Below are positions 25,082-38,947 of a stretch of 64,000 bases of DNA, piece after piece (positions within the stretch are counted from its first letter, which is position 1; each line of letters opens with the position of its first letter). Made by a program: the position numbers and the translations under genes. Source of the stretch: Octopus sinensis (taxonomy: Eukaryota); NCBI RefSeq assembly GCF_006345805.1, contig NC_043005.1, forward strand, positions 12,834,001 through 12,898,000, given 5' to 3'. The notes beneath the pieces are model-generated. The model searched no databases. It saw only the letters and a list, made by a program, of their open reading frames with translations, and had not been told where the DNA came from.

Positions 25082-27074
25082 TATATATATTATATATATA
25101 TATATGGCCTTTCTTTATATGTAATATTGTTTTTCGTAATACAAAATTTTCTATACAATCGTCTATTCTGCAATGTATTGTAAACACTAGAGTCGTAAGT
25201 ATTTTTACAGAAGTGCATATGATTTGTTCAGAGATAGTTTTATCTATATTTTTAGGTTTCGATTATAAATTCTTTTCAACATTGAGCACAATTTGCACTA
25301 ACTCTATTTTCAAATGTTTAAAACAGATTCTAGTCTTACAAACAACAAACTGGCACTAGACGTTCATGATATAAACACGTTAATAAAAATTGCTTCTTAT
25401 TAATTTTCCCCTTTCAAACAATTATAAATTTAATGATAGATTATTAATGTAATTTCTGAGAAAGGCCTGAAACAAAACTATATATTTGTCCTCGGCAGTT
25501 GTGGATGAGGGTAATATCATAGTTTATCATCAGTGTTTTCTGGGGTATTTTATGGGTGTAGTTACTTCTTTTCCTTTACTTTCTAGCTTCAAACCACACA
25601 GAACTCGATTTTACCTTGTTGTCAGGTCATGATTGGAATCTTCGTTGAACAATACTGATTTAAAAAAGGGGAACAGTTCTTGCGGAATCAGCAAAATAAA
25701 TACTAAGAGAATATGATAAGCTATTTAATATAATTACAAGGCTTTTCACTTGTACCCATAGTTTATGCGTTTAATCTTGTCGTACATGATCTGAGAAATT
25801 AAATTAATGCGGTCTCTTGACCGGATAGACACAGCAGCCAGATCTTCCTCAAATCATATCCACCTGCCTGAAAAGAGAAAAGAATACATTGGATTATATA
25901 GATTTGAAAGCATATTACCCAACAAAGAAACGGAATAGTCACCGCTCCAACGCTTTCAACTGCTCAGTCAGGACTGGTCGGCGGTGAAACATTAGCAACA
26001 ACAGCAACTTTAGCAGCAGAACAAGCAACAACAAAAGCAACTAATACAAATCAATGAAAATCCTCAATTTCTACTATACAACTGTTGTTGGTGTTGGTGA
26101 GTTTTTTTCGTCCCTCTGAATAGACATAAAAGCAAATTTGTTCCAGACATGTCAACGATTTTTTTTTTACCATATTTTGAAAGTATCTCGAAAGAAATAT
26201 CCAAATATTCACAGGTTTTCAATGTTAACGGTAACTACATAGAAGTCTAAAATTCGCTAGTAAAGTTATGATAATGTAGAAACGCATTTGGAGTTGTCTC
26301 CCGTTTCATTTTTTTTTTTTTTAGCGTTAATATAAAACAATATTAGTCATGGATGTCTTCTTTATATTTTTATTTGTTTTTATCAAAGGGCTAAAATTTT
26401 TCATGTTAAATATTTTAAGATGTCTCCATTAAACATGTTAATATATGCTATATACCTGCCTGAACTGCAGAAAGAAATTCTTGTGAAGTATCCAATGGCT
26501 TCTGTAATGAATGTGTTAAATATTATATGAAGTATGTTTGAACATCAAAAATATTTAGTTTCTGCCCTAAGCCATATTTTCTTTGGGAAGAGACTCAGCG
26601 CTTCTCACACCAAATAGATTAAAACGAAAGTTGAACTCAGTGAGATTTGAATACATGGCTTATAGGCGCGTAAATACTTACTGCGCTGCATTTTGTTCGA
26701 TGTTCTTTATAATTTTAAATTCACCAGCTTCATAAGAACATAAGTTGCGTAGTATTTCAGCAAAGAGCTGTAAGTGCATTGAATTATTACCTCCCTTACA
26801 AAAAAATTAAGAGTTATTTCCCTTGATATTAATAATTTTCTTGGAATTAATTTTTTTGCTTCGCATGTTCAGCATGTGTGCACCTATGGGGGGGTGTCTC
26901 TTTATGCTTGTATTGATACACGTACCGCGCGTACTCTCCTGTATATATGTATATATATATATATTATATATATATATAATATATATAATATATATAATAT
27001 ATATACTATATATATATATATATTATATATATATTATATATTATTATATATATGTGTGTGTGTGTGTGTGTATA

Positions 27075-27228
27075 TTTTCTTTACTGGGGCTAAACACAGA
27101 GGGGACAAACAAAGACAGACAAAGGGATTAAGTCGATTACATCGACCTCGGCGGAATTTGAACTCGGAGACAAAATACGGCTACGCAAGTCGCCCGGCGT
27201 GCTAACGTTTCTGACAGCTCGCCGCCTT
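27075..27228 (-). mobile_element. SINE family B, internally deleted
   Basis: Head and Tx1-like tail present, part of the core missing. Confidence 0.8.
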
Positions 27229-27683
27229 AATATATATACATATTGTAGTTGTTAGTTGTAGCAGCACTGCATCCTTCAAAACTTCCATGCATACTGAGAC
27301 TCGCCAACACGACACCTTATTTTCTCCCCTCCATACACATGCAAGCATGTATCTGACTCATATGCTGTTCCCTTCCCAGACATTGGTACATTACTGCATA
27401 TGTTTTATACGCACTTTTGCTCCAGAAAGGCTACCATAAACAATCTATTTGTGTGCTTTTCCTATTCCTTCGACATATAGCAAGATGTTAACAATAACGA
27501 CTAGCAAATTAATCTCTGAATATCTTTTCAACAATTTACATATTGTACGTCTTTAATCGCTAGAGGTAAAAATAAGTCAGCATCTGTTCTAGCGGGATTT
27601 TAACTTGGAATACAGAAAACTTTATTGATTACTTAAAAGAAAGACAAACTCAATGATTAGGTAATTATCTTGCCAGCAGTACA

Positions 27684-28072
27684 TCTTCTTTATATATAAA
27701 AGTAAGGTTGTGTGTCTGTCTCCTACGATTTAGATTCCTAACTACTCCCACATTTTGCGGTGCAGTTTAACCAAAACCGGGTATCTTATAGTCGTGATTC
27801 ATATCGAGCCCTTCTGTGTATTAGCGCGTGTCTACGATGAGTCTACGATTAAAAAAAAAATTACCATAATTTTTTTTCCATTTTAATGCATTTTTTCGCT
27901 ATTATATAAGGGAAGTAACTCTCTAAAAATGTCTACGATGAGTCAACGATTAAAAAAAAAATTTTCTCCCATTTTTAATGAATTTTTTGCTATTTTTTGG
28001 CTACAACTCTCTAAAAATGCTTATATAGTTATTTCCCTTACAAACCCGAGCAACGCCGGGCGATACTGCTAG
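27684..28072 (+). mobile_element. Non-autonomous Helitron-type element
   Basis: A|TC start, CCCGAGCAACGCCGGG hairpin 9 nt before the terminal CTAG|T; homologous to 43506-43901. Confidence 0.8.
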
Positions 28073-28500
28073 TTTGGAATAAAATGAATGATATTGCAAG
28101 TGTTAATTCCCATGAAAATGGCTTCAGTTTATTCTTCCTTCTAGAATTCAGAAAGGGAGACAATAATCTCTGAAGAAATACTTAGATATATTTTAGTACT
28201 ATTGTAATTCATTGCAACATATGTGGTTTAATTCGTGCTTCAGATTGGCATAAACAACTGTTTAACTAAAGCTATGAACTCGTGGATATTTTAAATACAT
28301 TCTTTTATTCTTTTACTTGTTTCAATCAATTGACTGCGGCCATGTGTGAGCACCGCCTTTTAGTCGAAAAAATCGGCCCTTGCACTTTTTCTTGTAATCC
28401 TGGTGCTTACTTTATCGGTCTCTTCTGCCGAACTGCTGGGTATCGGTTATTAAGTGATTGACGGGGAAAGGGGACAAACACAGACATAAACACTCTACGC

Positions 28501-28552
<52 letters not shown>

Positions 28553-28629
28553 ATATATGTATGTATGTATGTATGCATGTATGTATGTATGTATGTATGT
28601 ATGTATGTATGTATGTATGTATTATATAG

Positions 28630-28669
<40 letters not shown>

Positions 28670-28714
28670 TTATATATATATATTTATATACTTATATATT
28701 ATATATATAATATA

Positions 28715-28760
<46 letters not shown>

Positions 28761-28861
28761 CATACATACATACATAAATATATACATACATACATACATA
28801 CATACATACATACATACATACATACATACATACATACATGCATATATATATATATATGCGT

Positions 28862-29260
28862 AGGAGTGGCTGTGTCGTAAGTAGCTTGCTTATGAACCAC
28901 ATGGTTCCGGGTTCAGTCCCACTGCGTGGCACATTGGGAAAGTGTCTTCTACTATAGCTTTGGGCCGACAAAAGCCTTGTGAGTGGATTTGGTAGACGGA
29001 AGCTGAAAGCCCGTCGTATATATGTATATATATATGAGTATGTGCGTATATATGTCTGTGTGTTTGTCCCCCCAACATCGCTTGACAACCGATGCTGGTG
29101 TGTTTACGTCTCCGTAACTTAGCGGTTCGGCAAAACAGGCCGATAGAATAAGTACTAGGCTTCCAACGTCGATTTGCTCGACTAAGGTCGATTTGCTCGA
29201 CTAAGGGCGGTGCTCCAGCATGGCCACAGTCAAATGGCGGAAACAAGTTAAAGAGTAAAG
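28862..29260 (+). mobile_element. SINE family A, full length
   Basis: Head to tail; local duplication of GTCGATTTGCTCGACTAAGG. Confidence 0.85.
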
Positions 29261-29314
<54 letters not shown>

Positions 29315-29370
29315 GTTTAAATATTTGTTGTGCAAGATTTTTTATGTGAAGTCTGTGTTTGAAAACAGAT

Positions 29371-29808
29371 TATTGTTTATATTTCGGAATGGTCATATTG
29401 CCAGTTTAGCCAATAAAAACACGCGCACTATATATTGGTGTTATTTTGCTTCAGTGATATTTATTTTACATTAATCTTAATCTTATTTCGGCCAAAGTTC
29501 TTTCGTCACACTCCTGTGACCGCATCAGTGGTCCTTTGTTTTCTTCTCACTTACTTGTGTCTCTCCTTACTAACCGTCAGCCATTAAAATACAAAATGGC
29601 TGACGGTTAGTAAGGAGAGACACAAGTAAGTGAGAAGAAAACAAAGGACCACTGATGCGGTCACAGGAGTGTGACGAAAGAACTTTGGCCGAAATAAGAT
29701 TAAGATTAATGTAAAAAATAATATCACTGAAGCAAAATAACACCAATATATAGTGCGTGTGTTTTTATTGGCTAACTGGCATAATGACCATTCCGAAATA
29801 TAACAATA
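29371..29808. repeat. Near-perfect palindrome (arms about 215 bp, 9-nt spacer), Penelope pLTR-like
   Basis: 29371-29585 is the reverse complement of 29595-29808 with only a few mismatches/indels; spacer AAAATACAA; flanked by (TA)n. Confidence 0.92.
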
Positions 29809-29869
29809 TATATATAATATATATATATATATTATATATTATATATATATATATATATATCTTTGTATG

Positions 29870-29900
<31 letters not shown>

Positions 29901-30710
29901 TGTAGTATGTATGTATGCATGTATGCATGTATGTATGTATGTGTTGTATATGGGCTTGTGTTTGTCCATCTCCTATCACTTGATAACCGAGAGAAGTCCC
30001 AGATTTCAAAAAAAATAAGAACTGGTGTGTAATTGTTTGCCTTAAAAGCTAACAGTCTGCTATTTCAGGAGGTTGTTTTCACAGCGCAGAGGTTGTTTCC
30101 CTTGCATGAATCATTCCCTTCTCTTTAAAGTTCTTTCAAACAAGGGAAGCAACCATTGCCTACTTCTACTCATTCTCGTACTCGTCACGTGTGATAAGAC
30201 GTTGATCAAAGCTTCACCCCCCCCAACTTTGGACAAGGGAGGCAACCACTGTTGCCTTGTCTTCAACTCCTGCTTTCAGAAAGCAGCAGCAGCAGCAACA
30301 GCGGCAATTCAGTAGCAGTAGTAGTAGTAGTAGTAGTAGTAGTAGGCGATAGTTAGAGGCAATGTATTGATCTATAATTATGTGTAACAAAATTGTTTTC
30401 CGTCAAATACAACATGGCATATTGTTATCCCATTACCATTTCTTCTTTCTTCATACCATCTCTCTCGTGGTCTATATGCACTAACATGAACGCGCGCGCG
30501 CACACAGACACGCACACACACATACGCACACATATGCACACACGCACACACACACACACACATACGCACACACGCATATATACATATCTAAACACACACA
30601 CACACACGCATACATGTGTATGAATATACGTGTGTTTATGCGACGAGACACACAGAGAGAGTGGAAGAGGGAAATGAGAGAAAGAGAAGAGAAGGAAAGA
30701 GAGAGAAAAA

Positions 30711-30966
30711 TACACGTGGCCTAGTGGTTAGGCTGTTGCAAACACACGATCGCTATATCGTGGGTTCGATTCCTTGATTGGGCGGCGCGTCGTGTTCTTG
30801 AACAAAGCATTCCATTTCACGTTGCATAACTCACCCTTTCGATCCGGAAGGAATGTTGGCCTGCTCGCCAGGCCAGCACGATGACGTCACTCGAAGCGTA
30901 AACCGATGCAAAACGCATTGTGATCAGCGATATGTGACAACATCTGATAGTCAGATTGGTCACGTG
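30711..30966 (+). mobile_element. SINE family F (D-like head/core, distinct tail)
   Basis: GTGGCCTAGTGGTTAGG..GGGTTCGATTCC head, TTGAACAAAGCA..TTTCACGTTGC core, tail shared with 16515-16630. Confidence 0.7.
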
Positions 30967-31005
30967 TTATACACACACACGCACACACACACAAATGTAC
31001 GCATA

Positions 31006-31049
<44 letters not shown>

Positions 31050-31189
31050 ATATATACACATTCATACATAGACCTATTTATGTGTATGCGTATCTATATT
31101 TATACACACACATGTATACATATGAATCTACATACTTACATAGACTCACATGTATGCAAGCATATATATATAAATACATAAGTTTGTGT

Positions 31190-31565
31190 GATGTGAGTGC
31201 GTGTGCGCGCTCGGGTGTCTGTGTGTATGTCTCTGTATGCGTGTGTGTGTTTGCGTGTCTGTGTCTGCTGCGTGTGTGTGTGTGCGTTTGCTTTGTGTTT
31301 GTGTGTCTGTGTGTGTCTGTGTGTGTCTGTGTGTCTGTGCGTGTGTGTGTTTGATTTGTGTTTGTGTGTGTCTGTGTGTGTGTGTGTGCGTGTGTGTGTG
31401 TGTGTGTGCGTGCGTGTGTCTGTGTGTGTCTGTGTGTGTGTGTGTGTCTGTGTGTGCGTGTGTGTGTGTGTTTGTTTTGTGTTTGTGTGTGTCTATGTGT
31501 GTGTGTGTGCGTGTGTGTCTCTGTGTGTCTCTGTGTGTGTGTGTGTGTGTGTCTGTGTGTGTCTA
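31190..31565. repeat. Degenerate (TG)n/(TGTC)n microsatellite
   Basis: Direct inspection; source of the CV-rich ORFs. Confidence 0.95.
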
Positions 31566-32147
31566 TGTTTTCCTTCAGTCTCTAATTCTTGGATTCTGTT
31601 TATACCCTACAGTGGTCCCTTATCCTTATTGTAGAATGTAACGTGTTCGACGCACAGAAAAGATAAGCACCATTTTGACACCTGTTTCTCTGTGGCTAAC
31701 CTGAGAATATTTCCCCAAAAATATTTAGAATGTTATGTACAGCTCTTCCTGTGATTGCAACATTCTCAAAGAGTATGGTGATGCACTTAGCCAACTTTAA
31801 TATCGCAACCTGATTGTAAGATGAAAGAAAACACTATATGCCAGTCGTATTCAATAGCTTGGCCATTTCTCCGGCAGTCGATAAGGAATGCTAGAGGTAC
31901 TTATACACTGATTAGTGAAACAGCTGTCAAGATAAGAGTGTTACAGAATTCCTCTCCTTTATTTTTTCCTCCTATTCTACATTTTATACTCTATGTAAAT
32001 ATATGCATTAAACTTACTTGTATTAATCTGCTTTATGCACACATATACACTCATACACACACTGATAACTATATATATATAATACATCAAACACAGGACA
32101 ACACCGACGAGAGAAAAAGACGCATAATAAAAGATAAGTGCGGGACA

Positions 32148-32204
<57 letters not shown>

Positions 32205-32250
32205 TGGATAGATAGATATAGACAGACAAACAGACAGACAGACAGACAGG

Positions 32251-32313
<63 letters not shown>

Positions 32314-32445
32314 GTGACTATATATATAAAGGGAAAGTTTACGAAAATAAACAAAAGACGAAGGCAGGTGCTGTGCAAACAAACAGATGTATTAGTATAG
32401 CGCTCAGGAATAGAAAAAGTCTTTTACGTTTCGAACCTACGCTCT

Positions 32446-32714
32446 TAACGTAGTTCTCGGGGATATTCAGCGTGACACAGAAAGTGACAAGGCCGGCCCC
32501 TTGAAATACAGGTACAACAGAAACAGGAAGTAAGAGTGAGAGAAAGTTGTGGTGAAAGAGTACAGCAGGGATCACCACCATCCCCTGCCGGAGCCTCGTG
32601 GAGCTTTAGGTGTTTTCGCTCAATAAACACTCACAACGCCCGGTCTGGGAATCGAAACCGCGATCCTATGACCGCGAGTCCGCTGCCCTAACCACTGGGC
32701 CATTGCGCCTCCAC
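32446..32714 (-). mobile_element. SINE family C, tail missing
   Basis: Matches 1941-2220; joined at GAGAACTACGTT|AAGAGCG to a hammerhead-bearing repeat. Confidence 0.85.
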
Positions 32715-32940
32715 GTAGCGGTCAAAGAACAAGAGAAAAATAGAAAAATACCAGGATTTAGCTAGAGAATAACGACGGCTGTGGAGGATTTCTACCAAAG
32801 TAATTCCAGTTGTTAATAGGTGTCCTGGGTACAGTCACCAACAACAGACTTATCAGTTCGCTTATTGAGATTCGTTTAGCTATTAGAGTTGCCTTAATTC
32901 AGAATTCTGTTCTGTTGGGAACTACAAGGATGGTTTCGAG
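32715..32940 (+). mobile_element. R4/Dong-type (RLE) non-LTR retroelement, C-terminal fragment
   Basis: With frameshifts: VKEQEK(I)EKYQDLARE..RLWRISTKVIPVV-IGVLGTVT..LIQNSVLLGTTRM, typical end of the restriction-like endonuclease domain. Confidence 0.75.
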
Positions 32941-33049
32941 AGAACGAAGCGCGCGGCGGCGGCGGAAGCTCGGGAAGCAGCCGCCCGCCGCCGACGATCG
33001 GAAACGAGAGCGAAAGGAATCGGAGGGGCCGAAAACAGGGTTGTATTTG

Positions 33050-33680
33050 TCTATTTTTTCGCCTTCCTTCTTGACTATTCGTGGGTCAAAGGGGCACGCA
33101 ACATCAACTGTATAGCATATGTAGTGCACCTTGTCGACCACCACTAGGTCTGGTCTGTTATGCTCTAGCACCTGATCTGTTTGGATTGGGAAATCCAAGA
33201 GGATTTTGCTAGTCTCCGACTCCGCCACTCTCTCCGGTTTGTGCTCATACCACGTCTTGCTTCTCTCTGGCCCCTATTTTTCGCAATTTCCAGTGTAGCA
33301 CTTTCGCTACCTGATCATATCGTCACAACTTGTAGCGGTTTGGGGCAAGTCTAAGGCAATCGTTTGTGATATGGACAATGGTTTCATTCACTCTAACAGA
33401 ATCGCCACAGCGGAGACACTTGCACATTCTAAAGGTTGACCCTCCAGTTTGTGGCCAGAACTTGGTCCTGCGCTGCCAGTATAGTAATCTCGGTCTCTTT
33501 CTTTAGTGATCCTTTCTTCAGCCAATCCCACCTATTTTTTCCTACAACTTCTGTTGTGACTACATGGAATTAATCGTGTAATTCTTCTTCGTGTCCTTTT
33601 TGTACTTCTACTTTCGTTTTTCTGTTTTTCTCTATTTTCAATACTCCCTCGTTCCTAACTGACACTAGCAAGGTTTTATT
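33050..33680 (-). mobile_element. R4/Dong-type (RLE) non-LTR retroelement fragment
   Basis: WDWLKKGSLKKETEITILAAQDQVLAT, ETIVHITNDC, VAKVLHWKL, WYEHKPERV..KILLDFPIQTDQVLEHNRPDLVVVDK..VDVACPFDPRIVKKEGEKIDKY. Confidence 0.85.
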
Positions 33681-33724
33681 ATTTTGAGTTACGTATCTCA
33701 TTAATCTCTCGAGTTCGATATGTA

Positions 33725-33779
<55 letters not shown>

Positions 33780-33817
33780 TATTATTATCATTACTATTAT
33801 TATTATTAGTATTATTT

Positions 33818-34000
33818 AGGCGGCGATCTGGCAGAATCGTTAGCACGCCGGGCAAAATGCTTAGCGGCATTTCGTCCGACTTTAAGTTCTGAGTTCAAAT
33901 TCAGCCGAGATCGACTTTGCCTTTCATCCTTTCGGTGTCGATATAACAAGTACCACTTATTGGGGTCGATGTACTTTTCAGGCCTTGTACTTTTGGTAGA
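33818..34000 (+). mobile_element. SINE family B
   Basis: AGGCGGCGATCTGGCAGAATCGTTAGCACGCCGGGC head and GACTTTGCCTTTCATCCTTTCGG core. Confidence 0.8.
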
Positions 34001-34167
34001 AAGTATTCCTCATCTTCTTATTGTTATTGTTGTGGTGGTTAACATTATCATTAACTTCCTTTTTTTAAATTTTATTTCCATTTCAGTGTCTTTCCAACAC
34101 CTAGAGCAATCATCATCATCACCATCATCATCATCATTACTATTATTATTATTATTATTATCATTAC

Positions 34168-34235
<68 letters not shown>

Positions 34236-36015
34236 TATTATTATTATAGAGACTGTCTTGGTGTTGTCGTCAGAGATGAAGTTGTGATGGGTAATATGTT
34301 TCCAGCTAATAAATATTTAATATCAAATGTTTTGTATTAATAGAGAAATATTATTACTATTAAATAAACAAATAAATAAATAAAAACTTTCTAAAATTGA
34401 ATCTAAGCAAGTCATTTGCTACATTTTCTCGCCGCTCTTAAAACCGCTTCTCCACGTTTCAATGTGTTTTGTACTGACGCTATATAACTGAACACTCGCA
34501 GAATAAGATTTTCTAAATTAGTTTATCGTTCATGAATATAAAGCGACCTAAAAAGAAAAGAAAAAAAAAAACACATTGGAATCAATTTCATAACAAAAGA
34601 ATCAAAATTGAGTCGACAATATAAGTTTGTTTACGAATTTCAGAGATGGTCATGGACGTAGTGCATAGCAGTACAGAGATAATACTTATGTAAATGTCCA
34701 GGCAATATTTGTGGTCGCTTGTATTTCATGGTTATTTTGGATTGCGTGCGTAGAATTAATGATGTACACAGTTCCTACAAGATAACGCTAGTGCAAACAC
34801 ATGCCACCTGGTAGTACAATTGTTAATAATCTTTTTCAAGACAATCTAATTAACTACAGGTATTCATTTCCATGGCATCCCAAAGTGATTAAAAATACCC
34901 TTTTTCGACGGTCCCTTCCTCGGGCATAATGAAGAAAGAAGATATTTCAAGGGAAATTAAAATCTTATTGATTTATTGCAATTTGTGATTTCGTTTATTC
35001 TCTGCAATAAACATGTTACCGCAGGCAGATATTCTATCAGCGTATTTTGTCCATTTACAAATCTGCCCTGAATAACAATAAATAAATAAATAAATAAATA
35101 TTCTAGTACATTCTATTGATGAAAATAGATTTTTTCAAAAATATCTTATTTCCTTTTGACTCGCTGCCATATCACATACTTCAACTTTATTGAATGTCAA
35201 AATGAAATATATTCTTTATTCTTTGTTCACACTGTGTTAGCAGGAACAGTGATACAAAGTTCAGCTTGGCTAATAGTTAACTAGTTTTTCATCTCCGATT
35301 TTTTCGAGAATTATTTGAATTCTCTTTCTGTTTCTCTTCCATCGTTTCTTTATTTCTTCATCTCTTTCTTTCTTTCTGTCTTTCTTTATTTGTGTATTTA
35401 TTTATTTATTTAGTTGAATCAGAGAAATATTTTTCTTGAAAGAGAAAGAACGCCAGGGAAATGATAGCAAAATTAGCATCACTTCAGCATTGATTAAATC
35501 TCTTTTCTATATTGATGAGACGCAGACTTTAACATAAAGCGTTTTGATGATCGCCATATTGGGGAGATGAAGACAACTATTGATCTCATACAACTTTGAT
35601 AATCAGTAATTCCCTTGAGGAATCCGTCACATTCTCGCTATCAGTTTTCGTCAATTACCATTTGTAAGAAATAGAAATGCGATGAAAGATAAAGATTTCA
35701 TGCAAGATACTTCAGTTAACTGTAATACATGGCAATGCCATTTGCACCATTCTTCACTACTGTCTCTGTAGACATTAGATATAGCTGTACTTGGCAGTAA
35801 TAATGGCAGGTCATCGTACGCCGTAGAAACACATAACACCTGCCAGAGCAATCAAAGTATAAAAGGAATTTCTGTGAAAGCTATAACTTCCAAGGCAGAA
35901 TATTATAAAGCTGACACGAAGAAAGAACTTGATGTTCACGAAAAATAATTACGTAACACATGTTGTGTCCAACAGGCTGGTTTTCAGCACGTTGTTTGGG
36001 ATTTTGCCTCTATAT

Positions 36016-36527
36016 CAGGGGTGGAGAAAATTTTTAGTGTGGCGGGAAAAAATTTACAAAGAAAATGGTCCTCGGTCGGATCACAAGTTCTAACACTTAT
36101 ATCTGTGTAAATCTTGTATATATCTATGTATAATTCGATCTACATTAATAAAGGTAACTTTAACAAATTAAATTAACGTGTAACATCTTCATTAACGCCG
36201 CCACTGAATTTAGAATGTTTATATTACTTATGAGGTATACTATAGTTTTCAGCTAGAGTGTAGTTGGGTCTAGCATTATGTGTTTTGTAGCGAAAGCAAA
36301 ATTTCCATTCAAATGGCAATTACTGGACGATTTTCTGTTCGAGTCTAACTGTTTTAAGTCGTAGTACAGATGCGACCTAGGTCGAAAAGAGGTATATGAA
36401 TATTGTATAAATTTTATAATTGAAAAATTTACTATATTTTTTACATACGAGTATAGTAGCCTGCGGGCGCAATAAAATGGGCTGACGGGCGCAATTGCGC
36501 CCGCGGACGGGGGTTTCCCTACCCCTG
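36016..36527. mobile_element. hAT-type MITE (Charlie-like)
   Basis: TIRs CAGGGGTGGAGAAA / TTTCCCTACCCCTG; flanking 8-mers CTCTATAT and CTCTAAAG (6/8 match) resemble an NTCTAGAN target duplication; GC-rich subterminal CCCGC repeats. Confidence 0.75.
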
Positions 36528-36779
36528 CTCTAAAGCAATGGTTCTAGAAAGAAACATTGTGAGATCAGGAGGAGAGAAGCAAATAATACTAGAACGCTAG
36601 TGGAGGCGTTGGAGGTTTAGGCGAGTGTTTTTTTCCTGAGAAATTAACCCACTTAGAAATTGAAATAAAATACTTAAACCATTAAAAAACTTTTTTTTTT
36701 CAGTCTTTAGACTTTTCTCATAAGAACTAGAATACTTATAGGGGACTAATTAAAATATATATAGAACATTGCATTACCA

Positions 36780-37741
36780 GCGAGCAGACATCCATTGTAC
36801 GCAGTCTTGTAGGAAATAATCAGACTGTAGGAAATAATCCCGACTGGCTGCCAACCCTGAATTATTTGACTTGCATGCACCTTATTACAATGAGGTACTA
36901 GCTAAGGCAGGATACAAGGAACGAATTAAATTCATACACCCGAATAACACGCACAACATACACACCACACACATGCATGACATACACAAAACCGACCTAG
37001 ACGTAAAAGCATCTCACGAACGCATCTACAGAAATTCGACCTCCACAACACACCACCACAAAAGTAGAATACCCTACCATCCAAATAACATTCATTCTTA
37101 CTGTAAATCTTCCCATCTAAACAGAAATACACCCAACAAAATTTATTCCACTAAACAAGCACAAAGCATTAGCATAAATAAACCTAATGCCGAATATAGA
37201 AACCACACTGTCCTTTGGTACAACCAGATCCATACTACAAATGTAACTTCCAGGATCGCCAGACAATTTTTGGCAACCCTTGATAGACGCTTCCCGAAAT
37301 CTCATAAGTATCATTCGATATTTAATAGACATAACGTAAAGGTGTCATATGCAGCCTCCTCTAACTTGTGGATATATATGCACAGAATAAATAACGTTAA
37401 ACTTTGAAAGGCCTTGAAAAGCACCGTCACTGGAAGCTCAAATAATGAATTTACATTCAATCCTCGCATGACTGAAAACCAACAACGGTTAATCGCAGAA
37501 AATGATTGCCCTAAAACATTCAGAACTAATGATATACCTATAACAATGAGCCTACAGAACCTGCACATCAGCAGCATGATGAATCCACAACTAATTATAA
37601 CTGGAATGGCAAGACAACCACTACAAAACTCCTGGCCACCAACAACGGCCACAAATAGGTGCTCTTGTAGGGATAAATTTAATTGCCCATTGGATAACTT
37701 TTGCATGACTCGTAACATCGTCTATAAATGCACTGTGCATT

Positions 37742-37745
<4 letters not shown>
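36780..37745 (+). mobile_element. Penelope-like element fragment (RT thumb/linker to start of GIY-YIG)
   Basis: HAPYYNEVLAKAGY, VLWYNQ..NVTSRIARQFLATLDRRFPKSHKYHSIFNRHNVKVSY, CSCRDKFNCPLDNFCMTRNIVYKCTV. Confidence 0.85.
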
Positions 37746-37782
<37 letters not shown>

Positions 37783-37785
37783 GTG

Positions 37786-37983
37786 CAGGAGTAGCTGTGT
37801 GGTAAGTAGCTTGCTTATGAACTACATGGTTCCGGGTTAAGTCCCACTGCGTGATACCTTGGGCAGATGTCTTCTACTATAACCTCAGGCCGACCAAAGC
37901 CTTGTGATTGGATTTCGTAGACGGAAACTGAAAGAAGCCCGTCGTCTATATGTATATATATAAATGTATATATATATATGTTG

Positions 37984-38014
<31 letters not shown>

Positions 38015-38236
38015 GTGTGTATATGTTTATGTGGCTGTGTTTGTCCCCCCAACGTCGCTTGACAACTGATGCTGGTGTGTTTACGTCCCCGTAACTTAGC
38101 GGTTCTGCAAAACAGACCGATAGAATAAGTACTAGGCTTACAAAAAAATAAGTCCTGGGGTCGATTTGCTCGACTAAAACCGCTGCTCCAGCATGGCCGC
38201 AGTCAAATGACTGAAACAAGTAAAAGCGTAAAGCGT
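37786..38236 (+). mobile_element. SINE family A, full length
   Basis: Complete head, core, microsatellite and tail. Confidence 0.88.
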
Positions 38237-38828
38237 ATGTATATATTTGTGTGTCTGTGTTTGTCCCCCTACGATCGCTTGACAACCGATGTTGGTGGGT
38301 TTACGTCCCGTAAAAGACTATACATATATATATATATCAGTCTGTACATATGCATGTGTTTGTGAGAGTTTGAAATAATTATGCAACTGACTTTACGTGT
38401 TTGTGGCGGGGAGGAAAGAGAGGTTTCCACCTGTAAAACTACTTGCAAAAGAGAGCAGCCAAATCTCCCTCAAACAACACCCTATCATCTTACTGTGCGT
38501 GACTGATACATTCGGCCAGAACTAACCGTACCTTTAAAAAGCTGAGAAAAAGAAATGCGAGAGCCACGGTTGGAATGGCTTTCATTATAGGTCTGCTCCA
38601 TTATAGGTTGATCTGCAGACAACCATCAAAAACAGCACTCAACAGGATCTCCACTATTTCCACCACCACCACCACCTACAACAACAACAACAGCAACAAC
38701 AACAGTTGCAACTTTATATTTTACAACACAATCACGTCAACATCAACATGAAAAAGAAGAAAAAGGAGAAAAAGAAGAAGAGGTAACAACAACTTTATGT
38801 TACAACACAATCACGTCAACATCAACAT

Positions 38829-38892
<64 letters not shown>

Positions 38893-38903
38893 AAGAAGAA
38901 GAA

Positions 38904-38947
<44 letters not shown>

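Noticed and set aside
34640-34700. Possible micro-exon TTTCAG|AGATGG..CTTAT|GTAAAT
   Set aside because: Weak splice signals, no recognisable peptide and no neighbouring supported exons.
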